Source of the DNA: Faecalibaculum rodentium
GTDB lineage: Bacteria; Bacillota_I; Bacilli_A; Erysipelotrichales; Erysipelotrichaceae
NCBI RefSeq assembly: GCF_001564455.1
Contig: NZ_CP011391.1
Span: 2,400,001 to 2,432,000, forward strand
Reading direction: 5' to 3'
DNA: 32,000 nt
The translations under genes and the position numbers were made by a program. Positions 1 to 7,419 of the stretch are shown here, in pieces. Position 1 is the stretch's first letter, and each line of letters begins with the position of its first letter. Below the pieces are notes generated by a model. It was not told the origin of the DNA. It ran no database searches and worked only from the letters and a program-made list of their open reading frames with translations.

Positions 1-14
1 ATAATCTTGCTCAT
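1..14 (-). CDS. dnaK: DnaK/Hsp70, 5' end only (first 5 codons MSKII; gene continues left of the window)
   Basis: ATG at 14..12 follows SD GAGGAGGT (rc of 23..30), 19 nt after the grpE stop. MSKII is the usual DnaK N-terminus. hrcA-grpE-dnaK is the canonical order. Confidence 0.5.
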
Positions 15-33
15 TTGTGAATACCTCCTCAGC

Positions 34-621
34 TTACGCGCTGACTTTCACCATGGCCGGACGAAGCATCCGGTCTTTCAACATATATCCTTTTTGAAGC
101 ACCTGGGTGACGGTTCCGGGCTCGACGCCTTCTGCAGGTTCCTGCATCACTGCCTGCATGGTGGCAGCATCGAAGGGTTTGCCTTCGGCGTCGATTTCCT
201 TCACGCCCTCTTTGTCCAGGACATCCTCGAGCTTCGTGCGGATCATTTCGAATCCCTTCACGAAGTTCTGCGTCTCCTCGGACTGAGGTGCATTGGCGAG
301 GGCCAGGTTCATGGAATCCAGCACCGGCAGCAGCTCAAGCGCCGCCTGCTGGAACCGGTACTTCCGGTCCGCCTCTGCCTGTTTCACCAGGCGCTTTCTC
401 GTGTTGTCTGCGTCCGCATAGGCGCGGGCCACATCGTTTTTGGCTTCTTTCAGATCATCCTCCAGTTTGGAGATGATGGACTGAAGTTCGGCAGCCGGAT
501 CGGTTTCCGGCGCAGGTGCTTCCTGTTCGGCAGTCACTTCTTCTTCAGCCGCCGCTTTTTCGGCTTCCGGCTTCATTTCCGCCGGTTCCGTTTCCTGCTG
601 CGGCTTCTTGTGTTTGCTCAT
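34..621 (-). CDS. grpE: GrpE nucleotide exchange factor (195 aa)
   Basis: ORF 34..669. Start moved to ATG 621..619 behind SD AAGGAGGT (rc of 629..636). Acidic/Lys-rich N-terminus, coiled coil (LEDDLKEAKNDVARAYADADNTRKR) and a C-terminal beta domain (GTVTQVLQKGYMLKDRMLRPAMVKV) are typical of GrpE. Confidence 0.9.
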   Translation of the reverse strand: MSKHKKPQQETEPAEMKPEAEKAAAEEEVTAEQEAPAPETDPAAELQSIISKLEDDLKEAKNDVARAYADADNTRKRLVKQAEADRKYRFQQAALELLPVLDSMNLALANAPQSEETQNFVKGFEMIRTKLEDVLDKEGVKEIDAEGKPFDAATMQAVMQEPAEGVEPGTVTQVLQKGYMLKDRMLRPAMVKVSA

Positions 622-1651
622 CCTGCCTACCTCCTTTTTTGTCTGTGCCAAAGATCTCCTCGATGACATCGCTCATGGCGTCTGTCAGCGCAATGACCCT
701 GGCATAAGGCATGCGATTGGGACCAACCACCATCAGGCGTCCCTCTTCCTCGTCACAGGTCCTGAATTTCGCCGTGACAACGGAACAGTCTCCAATCTGG
801 ATCAGTTCATTGCGCCCCCCGATGGGGACCGCGATGTTCGTGGACTGATGGGTCCAGGCATTGAACAGATCGCTGTCTTCCAGGATCTTCATCAGCTTCC
901 GGACCCGGTTCACGTCGGAGAACTCCGGCTGGGCCAGCATGTTGCTGCGGCCGGATACCGCCATTTTTTCCGCCGCGAAGTTCATGAACGCCGCCGCAAA
1001 GGCTTCGTACAGCACCTCGCTTCGTGCCAGCTTCGCCGCCATGAGCGGCCGGAGCTCTTCCAGGTGCCCCGCAATGTCTTCCAGACGGATTCCCTTCAGG
1101 TGACTGTTGAGAAGATCCGTGCAGGTGGTGAGATCGGGCAGGCTCACGTCCTGCTCAAACCGGAACAGCTTGTTCTCGGTGTGTCCGGTGTCGGTGACAA
1201 ACAGCGCCACGGCGGAGTCTGTGCTCAATGGCACCATCGCCACGTGCTGCAGTCTCTGACCGGATGCATCCGGTCCCAGGACAATGCTGGTCAGGCTGGT
1301 CATTTCCGACAGGACATCACTGGCGATCCGGACGACTTCCTCCAGGGTATACTGCCGCTCCATGAAGATGTCCCGGAGGGTCGTGCGCACCGTTGTCGGC
1401 AGCGAAGTCTCCATCAGGTTCTCCACATAATAGCGGTAACCCCGGCGGCTGGGAATGCGTCCGCTGGAGATGTGTGTTTTCTCCAGCAGACCTGCGCGTT
1501 CCAGCACAGCCATTTCGTTTCGGATCGTGGCACTGGACAGCGGATGATCCAGCAGTTCCATGAGCGCCTTCGAGCCAACCGGCTCGGCGGTGCAGGTGAA
1601 CCGTTCCACAATGGTCCTGAAAATAAGTTTCTGCCGCTGGGTCAGTTCCAT
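545..1651 (-). CDS. hrcA: HrcA heat-inducible transcription repressor (368 aa)
   Basis: ORF 545..1672. Likely start is ATG 1651..1649 (MELTQRQKLIFRTIVERF...EPVGSKAL winged-helix N-terminus). Sits upstream of grpE with a CIRCE-like operator in front. The 3' end overlaps grpE by 77 nt. Confidence 0.9.
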   Translation of the reverse strand: MELTQRQKLIFRTIVERFTCTAEPVGSKALMELLDHPLSSATIRNEMAVLERAGLLEKTHISSGRIPSRRGYRYYVENLMETSLPTTVRTTLRDIFMERQYTLEEVVRIASDVLSEMTSLTSIVLGPDASGQRLQHVAMVPLSTDSAVALFVTDTGHTENKLFRFEQDVSLPDLTTCTDLLNSHLKGIRLEDIAGHLEELRPLMAAKLARSEVLYEAFAAAFMNFAAEKMAVSGRSNMLAQPEFSDVNRVRKLMKILEDSDLFNAWTHQSTNIAVPIGGRNELIQIGDCSVVTAKFRTCDEEEGRLMVVGPNRMPYARVIALTDAMSDVIEEIFGTDKKGGRQDEQTQEAAAGNGTGGNEAGSRKSGG

Positions 1652-1665
1652 ATCACCGCCCCTTT

Positions 1666-1692
1666 CTAGCACTCGGACCTCTTGTCTGCTAA
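1666..1692 (-). promoter_or_regulatory. CIRCE-like HrcA operator (imperfect)
   Basis: Minus strand reads TTAGCAGAC-AAGAGGTCC-GAGTGCTAG against consensus TTAGCACTC-N9-GAGTGCTAA (7/9 and 8/9). It lies between the putative promoter and the hrcA start. Confidence 0.55.
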
Positions 1693-1693
1693 C

Positions 1694-1721
1694 AGAATAC
1701 CACTCTTTTTAGCAGAGTCAA
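1694..1721 (-). promoter_or_regulatory. Putative sigma-A promoter of hrcA-grpE-dnaK
   Basis: Minus strand: TTGACT (rc of 1716..1721), 16-nt spacer ending in TGg, then TATTCT (rc of 1694..1699), directly abutting CIRCE. Confidence 0.4.
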
Positions 1722-1895
1722 CAGTCGGATGCTATCTTCGGCAAATCCATTTTCCCATATCTCCATATACAAGGGATAATGATGTGACTGTCCGGCTGCC
1801 GATTTGCGATTGGATGGTCTGCAGGAGAAACCGCCATGATCCTTAGTGGTCTTTCAGATGCCGATGATGGGTGAAAAGGGCTGGTTTGCTCTCAG

Positions 1896-1935
1896 GCCGA
1901 TGGTGGCAGACAAGCCCGAATAGATAAGGGAGGTT
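1896..1935 (+). repeat. Copy E1 of recurrent motif GCCGATGGTGGC(A/T)GAC-N13-16-GGGAGGTT
   Basis: GCCGATGGTGGCAGAC (1896..1911) is identical to the rc of 28149..28164. GGGAGGTT at 1928..1935. Confidence 0.4.
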
Positions 1936-2023
1936 CGTTTACTGCTGTTGATGGAGGAAAGGCCGGCTGTCTGCTTCAGCTGCCTGAATCAGATGCCAGA
2001 CTGAGCGCCGGTCGTGGGTCATA

Positions 2024-2082
2024 GTACAAAAATAGGGTACAAATTTGATAAAATCAGGTAAGTTTGTACCCTATTTTTGTAC
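2024..2082. repeat. Perfect 20-bp inverted repeat hairpin (bidirectional terminator-like), stem built on TAGGGTACA
   Basis: GTACAAAAATAGGGTACAAA (2024..2043), 19-nt loop, TTTGTACCCTATTTTTGTAC (2063..2082). A/T tracts flank the GC core on both strands. Confidence 0.5.
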
Positions 2083-2756
2083 AAGGCACCGATACAAGAA
2101 ACGTATCCCACAGAAACCCAGATTCTGAGAGGCTTTATTCTTTGCGATCGATCCGCAATCTCTGTCTGTACTTTCTCCAGCAGCGGGAATGACAGCAATG
2201 AACAAAAGAGAATCGTCCGGAGCCTCGGACAGGAGTTGCGGAACATATTGGTTATTTCTGCGGAAAGAGAGACCAGATTAGCGAGGCTGAACATTGAGAT
2301 AACGGAACAGGAGAGCATTCTTTCCAGCCTGGATGGCAAGAAGGCAAGACTGAGGGCTGAACTGGAAGAGTACAGGAATATGGATTCATCCATCAGCCTG
2401 GTCTAATCCTTTGCTTGAAGAAAACTATTTCGAACCATGCTGGTATCGTTTAAACAGTGAGCAGCGGCAGGGAGTCACAAATGCCTGTCACAAACTTGAG
2501 AGCACCAGGAAGAAACTTTCAGAACTGGAATAAACCATTGTCAGGAACAATGCGATCATCACCAGGCAGAAACAGGCTTTCGATGTAAAAATGGATGAGT
2601 ACGCCAGACTGAAGACAGAGACAGACCGATACAAAGAGGTTCTGTCGGAGGCGGGATCACTGTCCGCTGTCTGGATAAATGAAGAGCCATTGTTTCATCT
2701 TTTATGGTTGCAGCGAAAGCAATGTGCAAAACAGGCATCTGACCTTAGAATAATTT
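2077..2756 (+). pseudogene. Decayed coiled-coil gene remnants (fragments in three frames), truncated by the IS3 element
   Basis: ORF 2077..2406 (…RLARLNIEITEQESILSSLDGKKARLRAELEEY), a second frame reading …YRLNSEQRQGVTNACHKLESTRKKLSELE* (about 2405..2530), and ORF 2591..2773 (MDEYARLKTETDRYKEVL…). No convincing start or SD. Confidence 0.3.
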
Positions 2757-2835
2757 ACGGACAGTCCATTTAGAGATTCTAAGAATACCGGTATCTATGT
2801 CATAGAACTACAATCACTATGAAAGAGGAAAATCT

Positions 2836-3135
2836 ATGGCAAAGAAACGTAAAACATTTACAGATGAATTCAAGCAGGATGCGGTTCAATTTTTGACTAA
2901 CCATCCAGAAATGACCGTTATAGAATGTGCTGAAACACTTGGTGTAGGCCGCAGCACCCTGGAAAGATGGAGGGCAGATTTCAACCGATCCGGTCTTTCA
3001 GCTGTGACAGCTCATAATAATGACAAGGAAGAAAAAGACCTTCTCAAAGAAAATGTCAGGCTTCAACGAGAACTCAGGGACTCACAGGAGGCTTTGAAGA
3101 TTCTAAAAAAAGCCATAAGCATTCTGGGAAACTGA
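2836..3135 (+). CDS. IS3-family transposase OrfA (HTH, 99 aa)
   Basis: SD AAGAGGA precedes ATG 2836. MAKKRKTFTDEFKQDAVQF…GVGRSTLERWRADF is the IS3/IS911-type HTH, followed by a leucine-zipper-like tail. Confidence 0.85.
   Translation: MAKKRKTFTDEFKQDAVQFLTNHPEMTVIECAETLGVGRSTLERWRADFNRSGLSAVTAHNNDKEEKDLLKENVRLQRELRDSQEALKILKKAISILGN
3105..3112 (+). promoter_or_regulatory. Programmed -1 ribosomal frameshift site A AAA AAA G
   Basis: A7G run. The zero frame reads cta aaa aaa gcc. A -1 slip continues agc cat aag… into the orfB frame (checked by hand). Confidence 0.7.
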
Positions 3136-4019
3136 AGCAGGTCGAATACGAACTTGTTGCCGAGGATCATAAAGCTGGAATCCAATTCTCGGTATCCAGG
3201 GTGCTTCATAAACTTGGTCTTTCAAGATCTGGCTATTACGACTATTTAAAGCGGAAACCCAGCCACCAGGAAAAGCGCAGGCATGATGTGAAAAAGGCCA
3301 TCCTTCAGATTTATGAAGACAGCCACGAAAACTACGGAGCGCCAAAAATCGCTAAAATCCTGAACTCAGGAGGGATCTCCATTACAGAAAGGACCGTTGG
3401 TGTTTATATGCGTCAAATGGGGATCCGAGCACAGTGGGTCAAGCCTCATACACAAACCACAATACGAAGTGATTTCAGTGGAAATCTGAAGAATCTTCTG
3501 GATAGAAACTTCTCTCCGGCTCACCCAAACTGCGTATGGTGCACAGATATCACCTATATCCACACAAAGCTGGACGGATTCGTTTACCTTGCCTGCATCA
3601 TGGATCTGTATTCCAGAAGGATCATTTCCTGGAAGCTTACAAAAACGCTGGACACAGGTCCAATTCTGAAATCGATCGAAGAAGCCAGAAAACGCCGGCC
3701 GTCCCAGGAACCGATAATGATTCATACGGACCGAGGAATCCACTATACCTGTGATCTGTACAGAAAACTGACCAGAGGAATGATTCGCAGTTATTCAGCA
3801 AAAGGAGTTCCGTATGACAACGCCTGTATTGAATCATTCCACTCCCTGATCAAGAGGGAATGGCTGAGCAGGTTCGATATACAGAACTACAGGCATGCAT
3901 ACCGACTGGTGAGTCAGTATATAGATGACTGGTACAACCCTGAACGGATACACAGCCACTGTGGATATATGTCCCCAGCAGAATATGAAGTAATGTTCCA
4001 AAGGACCAGCACTGACTGA
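3111..4019 (+). CDS. IS3-family transposase OrfB (DDE integrase domain), expressed as an OrfAB fusion by -1 frameshift
   Basis: The -1 frame is open from 3111 and in frame with ORF 3201..4019. DDE signature: WCTDITYI, HTDRGIHYT, YDNACIESFHSLIKREW. Confidence 0.85.
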   Translation, partial: SHKHSGKLKQVEYELVAEDHKAGIQFSVSRVLHKLGLSRSGYYDYLKRKPSHQEKRRHDVKKAILQIYEDSHENYGAPKIAKILNSGGISITERTVGVYMRQMGIRAQWVKPHTQTTIRSDFSGNLKNLLDRNFSPAHPNCVWCTDITYIHTKLDGFVYLACIMDLYSRRIISWKLTKTLDTGPILKSIEEARKRRPSQEPIMIHTDRGIHYTCDLYRKLTRGMIRSYSAKGVPYDNACIESFHSLIKREWLSRFDIQNYRHAYRLVSQYIDDWYNPERIHSHCGYMSPAEYEVMFQRTSTD

Positions 4020-4459
4020 GAAAGAATTCTGGAGCGCCCTTTACAGTGGGCTATCCCCTGGTAGACTGATGAGCCTTCAGCCAAGAACTGTCAGATATTG
4101 ACTCTTTGGATGAAGGCAAGAGAAAGGGGTCCAGGGGATAGTGGGCCCCACTGTCAAGGGAGGAAGCGGAGGAAATCTTTCGTAGAATTGGCAGTATCTG
4201 CCGACTCTCTAAAATCAGTGTCCGTTTTCTTGACATAGGACCAATCAGCCCGTGCCTGAAGGGTCCGGATGCCTGTTTTGATTATGTCCTCACCATGTAT
4301 CTCCCATTGTATTGCGTCTCTCGGTCGTCCACGACACCAGAAACAAGGTTACGTCTATCATCCGCGGACGATAGAGCTATCTGCCTGATTATCTGCTTTA
4401 TCTGCCTGAATCAGATCCGGGAAATTTTGCGCAGCCTCCTAAGCAACATCAGAAAACGC

Positions 4460-4508
4460 AAAAAAATAGGGTACAAACATTAAGGGTTTTCCTTAATATG
4501 TACCCTAT
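4460..4508 (-). terminator. Hairpin sharing the TAGGGTACA stem with 2024..2082; rho-independent terminator on the minus strand
   Basis: ATAGGGTACA (4466..4475)/TGTACCCTAT (4499..4508) plus ATTAAGG/CCTTAAT inner stem with a 5-nt loop. The A7 run 4460..4466 gives a T7 tail on the minus strand. Confidence 0.5.
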
Positions 4509-4692
4509 CACCTTTACCCGGCATGACTCTCATTCAGATTCTAAAGCAGGCAGATTGCCTGAGTTTCTGATTGTGGAAACTGCTCCACATCCAGCCACCG
4601 AAACATGTGCCAGACAATGCAGACCCTTCATCAGATGTATAATTTGCCTGCCCACCTTTGCAAACTCTGCAGATAGTTCGAATATTGAAGAC

Positions 4693-4730
4693 AACGCGCC
4701 AGGTCCTTCCGTCAAGGAAACTGGCGCGTT
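4693..4730 (-). terminator. GC-rich hairpin immediately after the stop of the small ORF
   Basis: AACGCGCCAG (4693..4702)/CTGGCGCGTT (4721..4730) with inner CCTT/AAGG pairing. Only a weak T tract on the minus strand. Confidence 0.4.
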
Positions 4731-4737
4731 ATTATAT

Positions 4738-4935
4738 TTATCTCATAAAACTTGGCTTTTTAAGTTTCGTGACATTTACCTTGCCTGTTTGGGCAGGCAT
4801 TTCAAGAGGCGATACATTATAATATGTACTTCTCTTATGAGCTGAAACACGAAAGCTATCAGGAAGCTTCGTATTCATGCTCCGCGAAATGTCATCTCTA
4901 ATCACCTTATTAATTACCAACTCTTCAAAATTCAT
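4738..4935 (-). CDS. Hypothetical small basic protein (65 aa), possible third gene of the AT-rich cassette
   Basis: ATG 4935..4933 lies 18 nt after the stop of the 821-aa gene, behind ACAGGAGA. A hairpin at 4693..4730 follows the stop. No recognisable motif. Confidence 0.35.
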   Translation of the reverse strand: MNFEELVINKVIRDDISRSMNTKLPDSFRVSAHKRSTYYNVSPLEMPAQTGKVNVTKLKKPSFMR

Positions 4936-4953
4936 TGTTCATCTCCTGTGATT

Positions 4954-7419
4954 CTATAATAATTCATTAAAACATTCTCTGTATTTATCAAAATACAGCT
5001 GGTTTACATATGAAAACAACTCGCTGGTTTTCAATGGACTACTGTTATGCATAGCAGACCGAAGCAAAAAGAGACTGGATTTTGGAGGGACTTTGTGAAA
5101 TGTTTTCTTCCACGCTTCCTGTTTCCTGCACTCCAACAAATATTGAAGAATTCGACCAAGATCTCCAACAAGAAACTTGTTTTCGATATTATACCAATCA
5201 CTGATTTCCGTGTGAAGTGAATTGATTATCCTCATCTGCATCTCTGTGATATAACTGATATCATTTTTCCTGGAATCCTTCATGTGTGGCTCATTAGAAA
5301 GCAGAGAATCAAAATCTGATTGAGTATAGTCTCTGGGATCCACAATTCCGTTATCAAGTATCAGCAATATGATTGCTATTCTAATACGGCTGTTGATCGA
5401 CATATCTCCGTTCTTTGGACTTTTGAACATTGCCAAAAGATACTCTTGAGGTGTCATCTTTAAAAGCTCTGCAGCAGATAGATCTGCATAGGCCTCTCTC
5501 ATGATCTCCAATGTTCGAAGTGTTCGATGATGAGCCTGATCCAATAAATCTGTCAGATTTGAAAACGCGGAAGCGTATACAATTGCAAAAATCTCAACTG
5601 GTATTGCACGCTGGTCGGATGCCATCATCTCATGAATAAATACATAATCATTCAATAATGATTTATATAAGTTTTCCTCTGATTTCAGCCCAATACCTTT
5701 GATCTCAGCTTCCATTCTGCTCGCTGTAAGATCTGAATCCCCAATAGATTCAACTTTGTTTTTCCATCTTCCTTTTTCACTGAACGACCAATCATCAAAA
5801 CTCTTCATTAACAAATCTTTCAGCCTGATAAAATCATCTTGTGTACGGTCTTTGGCTAATATATTTGCAAAGTCATCCAGAGAAAACTTTTCTCCCTCAA
5901 GAAAAGATACATAAAGATATGTTAAATTATCAAAATATGAATCAAGCAGGATTTTTGCCCGGGCTTTTCTTCTGCGGATTTTATCCCCGGCAAAATGGGA
6001 GATCTCGTGAGCCGCCGTGAACAAACCGTCACTCAATTTTAGTGTTGAACCGAAATTAACAGTATATATATACAACTCTCGTATGGTGTCATCAGATTGA
6101 AACGGTACTTTACAAATAGATGAATGATTGCTGATAGTCGGCGCAGAAAACACAAGGAATTCTTTACTCGGCTTGTCTTCCTTGCTGAGTGCTTCAATCA
6201 TGGTTTCCGCCAATACACTACTGAATCCAATCAAGGTTGCTGGTGCAATCCCATCAAACTCCCAATGGCTGTCTTTTCTTCGAAGCATGGACTGTGCATT
6301 GCAAAGCAGTAAATCCTGGAACGCTTTCGATGTAATGTCTATATTCTGTATAAGATCCTGATAAGCCTCTTCATCATTTTTCTGAATTATTTGCTGTCTT
6401 ATACTGTCAAAATCTGGTAACTTCCGCAATACAGATGACAGCAGCAAAGAAATTGGGTTTAACAATCTATTTTCTTCCTGTTGCCGTATGTACTGATATG
6501 CTGATTTGAAATAGGCATGATTCTTTGGCTCTACAGCATTATTACTCTCTACTCCTGATTTTCGAGAATTACCTACTCTATATGGCAGATTTCGATATAT
6601 ATCTTCACAAGCACTCCATGGGCTATATAACTTGACGTTAAACTGCTCAAATTGCTTAATCACTTTTTCAAAAACCGCAAAGAAGTTAGCTGCTCGTTTA
6701 TTCGTAAAGGGAACAACAACATCTATCGCTCCTGCTGTACTGGATATCCTGGAGTCTCCCTGAACATTGAGCAGGCTACCACCTGATATCGTTGTCTCAA
6801 ATCTGTTTTCAACAGAAAAGAAATCCCACATATCAGAGTTTTGCCTTGAAATATCAGACAGCTCATCTTTGTTTCTGATTTTGATTTTTAACTCGCCGGA
6901 CAATAACTCATCTGACTGTAGTTTGTCGGTTCCCGGGTTGATCATAACTATGGTATACATGTTCGAAACAGAGACACCAAATCTGCGCAGGCGCTTGATT
7001 TCCGATAAATATCTCCTCCACGCTTTTTCGTATGTATCTCCTGCCTGAAACAGAACCAGATTGTAAGTATCAAGGCTTTGAAACCAGCAATTATTTCTCC
7101 TGGCCCTTCCATTTGTCAATTCTGAGACAGCCTTCGGTATGGATGGAATGCTATTCCCAACATTTTCCGAGATAATCACGAACCCAACGAGGAGATAGGG
7201 AGACTGATCAATCCGCTTCCAAAACTGCTCCGGATCTTTCTTTTTATAGAATACCAGTGAATTAGACTGTGCTGAATCATTTATATTTATATCAGGTAAT
7301 TTATCATGAGCTTTCAGTAATTGCGGGAAGTGGTTGCGTGTCAATGACCTGAAAGAACCTAATACAGCGTCATTATTTGTCCCCCCATTCGGCTTCGCCA
7401 ATACGAGTCGGTAAATCAT
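4954..7419 (-). CDS. Hypothetical 821-aa cytosolic protein with an HExxH…ExxAD metallopeptidase-like signature (protein B)
   Basis: Long uninterrupted ORF. ATG 7419..7417 with SD AAAGAGG. ATGA overlap with the upstream gene. HEISH is encoded by rc of 5995..6009 and EAYAD by rc of 5482..5496. No signal peptide or TM segment. Confidence 0.85.
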   Translation of the reverse strand: MIYRLVLAKPNGGTNNDAVLGSFRSLTRNHFPQLLKAHDKLPDININDSAQSNSLVFYKKKDPEQFWKRIDQSPYLLVGFVIISENVGNSIPSIPKAVSELTNGRARRNNCWFQSLDTYNLVLFQAGDTYEKAWRRYLSEIKRLRRFGVSVSNMYTIVMINPGTDKLQSDELLSGELKIKIRNKDELSDISRQNSDMWDFFSVENRFETTISGGSLLNVQGDSRISSTAGAIDVVVPFTNKRAANFFAVFEKVIKQFEQFNVKLYSPWSACEDIYRNLPYRVGNSRKSGVESNNAVEPKNHAYFKSAYQYIRQQEENRLLNPISLLLSSVLRKLPDFDSIRQQIIQKNDEEAYQDLIQNIDITSKAFQDLLLCNAQSMLRRKDSHWEFDGIAPATLIGFSSVLAETMIEALSKEDKPSKEFLVFSAPTISNHSSICKVPFQSDDTIRELYIYTVNFGSTLKLSDGLFTAAHEISHFAGDKIRRRKARAKILLDSYFDNLTYLYVSFLEGEKFSLDDFANILAKDRTQDDFIRLKDLLMKSFDDWSFSEKGRWKNKVESIGDSDLTASRMEAEIKGIGLKSEENLYKSLLNDYVFIHEMMASDQRAIPVEIFAIVYASAFSNLTDLLDQAHHRTLRTLEIMREAYADLSAAELLKMTPQEYLLAMFKSPKNGDMSINSRIRIAIILLILDNGIVDPRDYTQSDFDSLLSNEPHMKDSRKNDISYITEMQMRIINSLHTEISDWYNIENKFLVGDLGRILQYLLECRKQEAWKKTFHKVPPKSSLFLLRSAMHNSSPLKTSELFSYVNQLYFDKYRECFNELL

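Larger units (their letters stand above)
2757..4225 (+). mobile_element. IS3-family insertion sequence, apparently intact (ends approximate, +/-20 bp)
   Basis: orfA/orfB organisation with a slippery site. Imperfect terminal inverted repeats: ACGGACAGTCCATTTAGAGA (2757..2776) versus rc of 4206..4225 (ACGGACACTGATTTTAGAGA). TTT flanks both sides, a possible 3-bp target duplication. Confidence 0.8.

Noticed and set aside
7-1669. Plus-strand ORFs 7..666 (219 aa) and 608..1669 (353 aa)
   Set aside because: They are antisense shadows of grpE and hrcA, whose products carry clear family motifs. The plus-frame products are Arg/His/Leu/Gly-rich nonsense.
1700-1730. Second CIRCE-like element (TTAGCAGAGTCAACAGTCGGATGCTAT)
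   Set aside because: Only the left arm resembles CIRCE, the right arm does not, and it overlaps the predicted -35 region.
2150-2178. Degenerate regulator box (GATCCGCAATCTCTGTCTGTACTTTCTCC), hinting at a third, inverted regulator module next to E1
   Set aside because: It needs an 8-nt insertion to align with TCCGCCAAAGTATACTTT, and no resolvase-like ORF follows. It is probably chance similarity.
4051-4845. Small ORFs 4051..4236 (-), 4295..4483 (+), 4498..4845 (+) and 4530..4715 (-)
   Set aside because: They have no SD, start inside the IS end or inside hairpin stems, overlap each other, and their products show no features.
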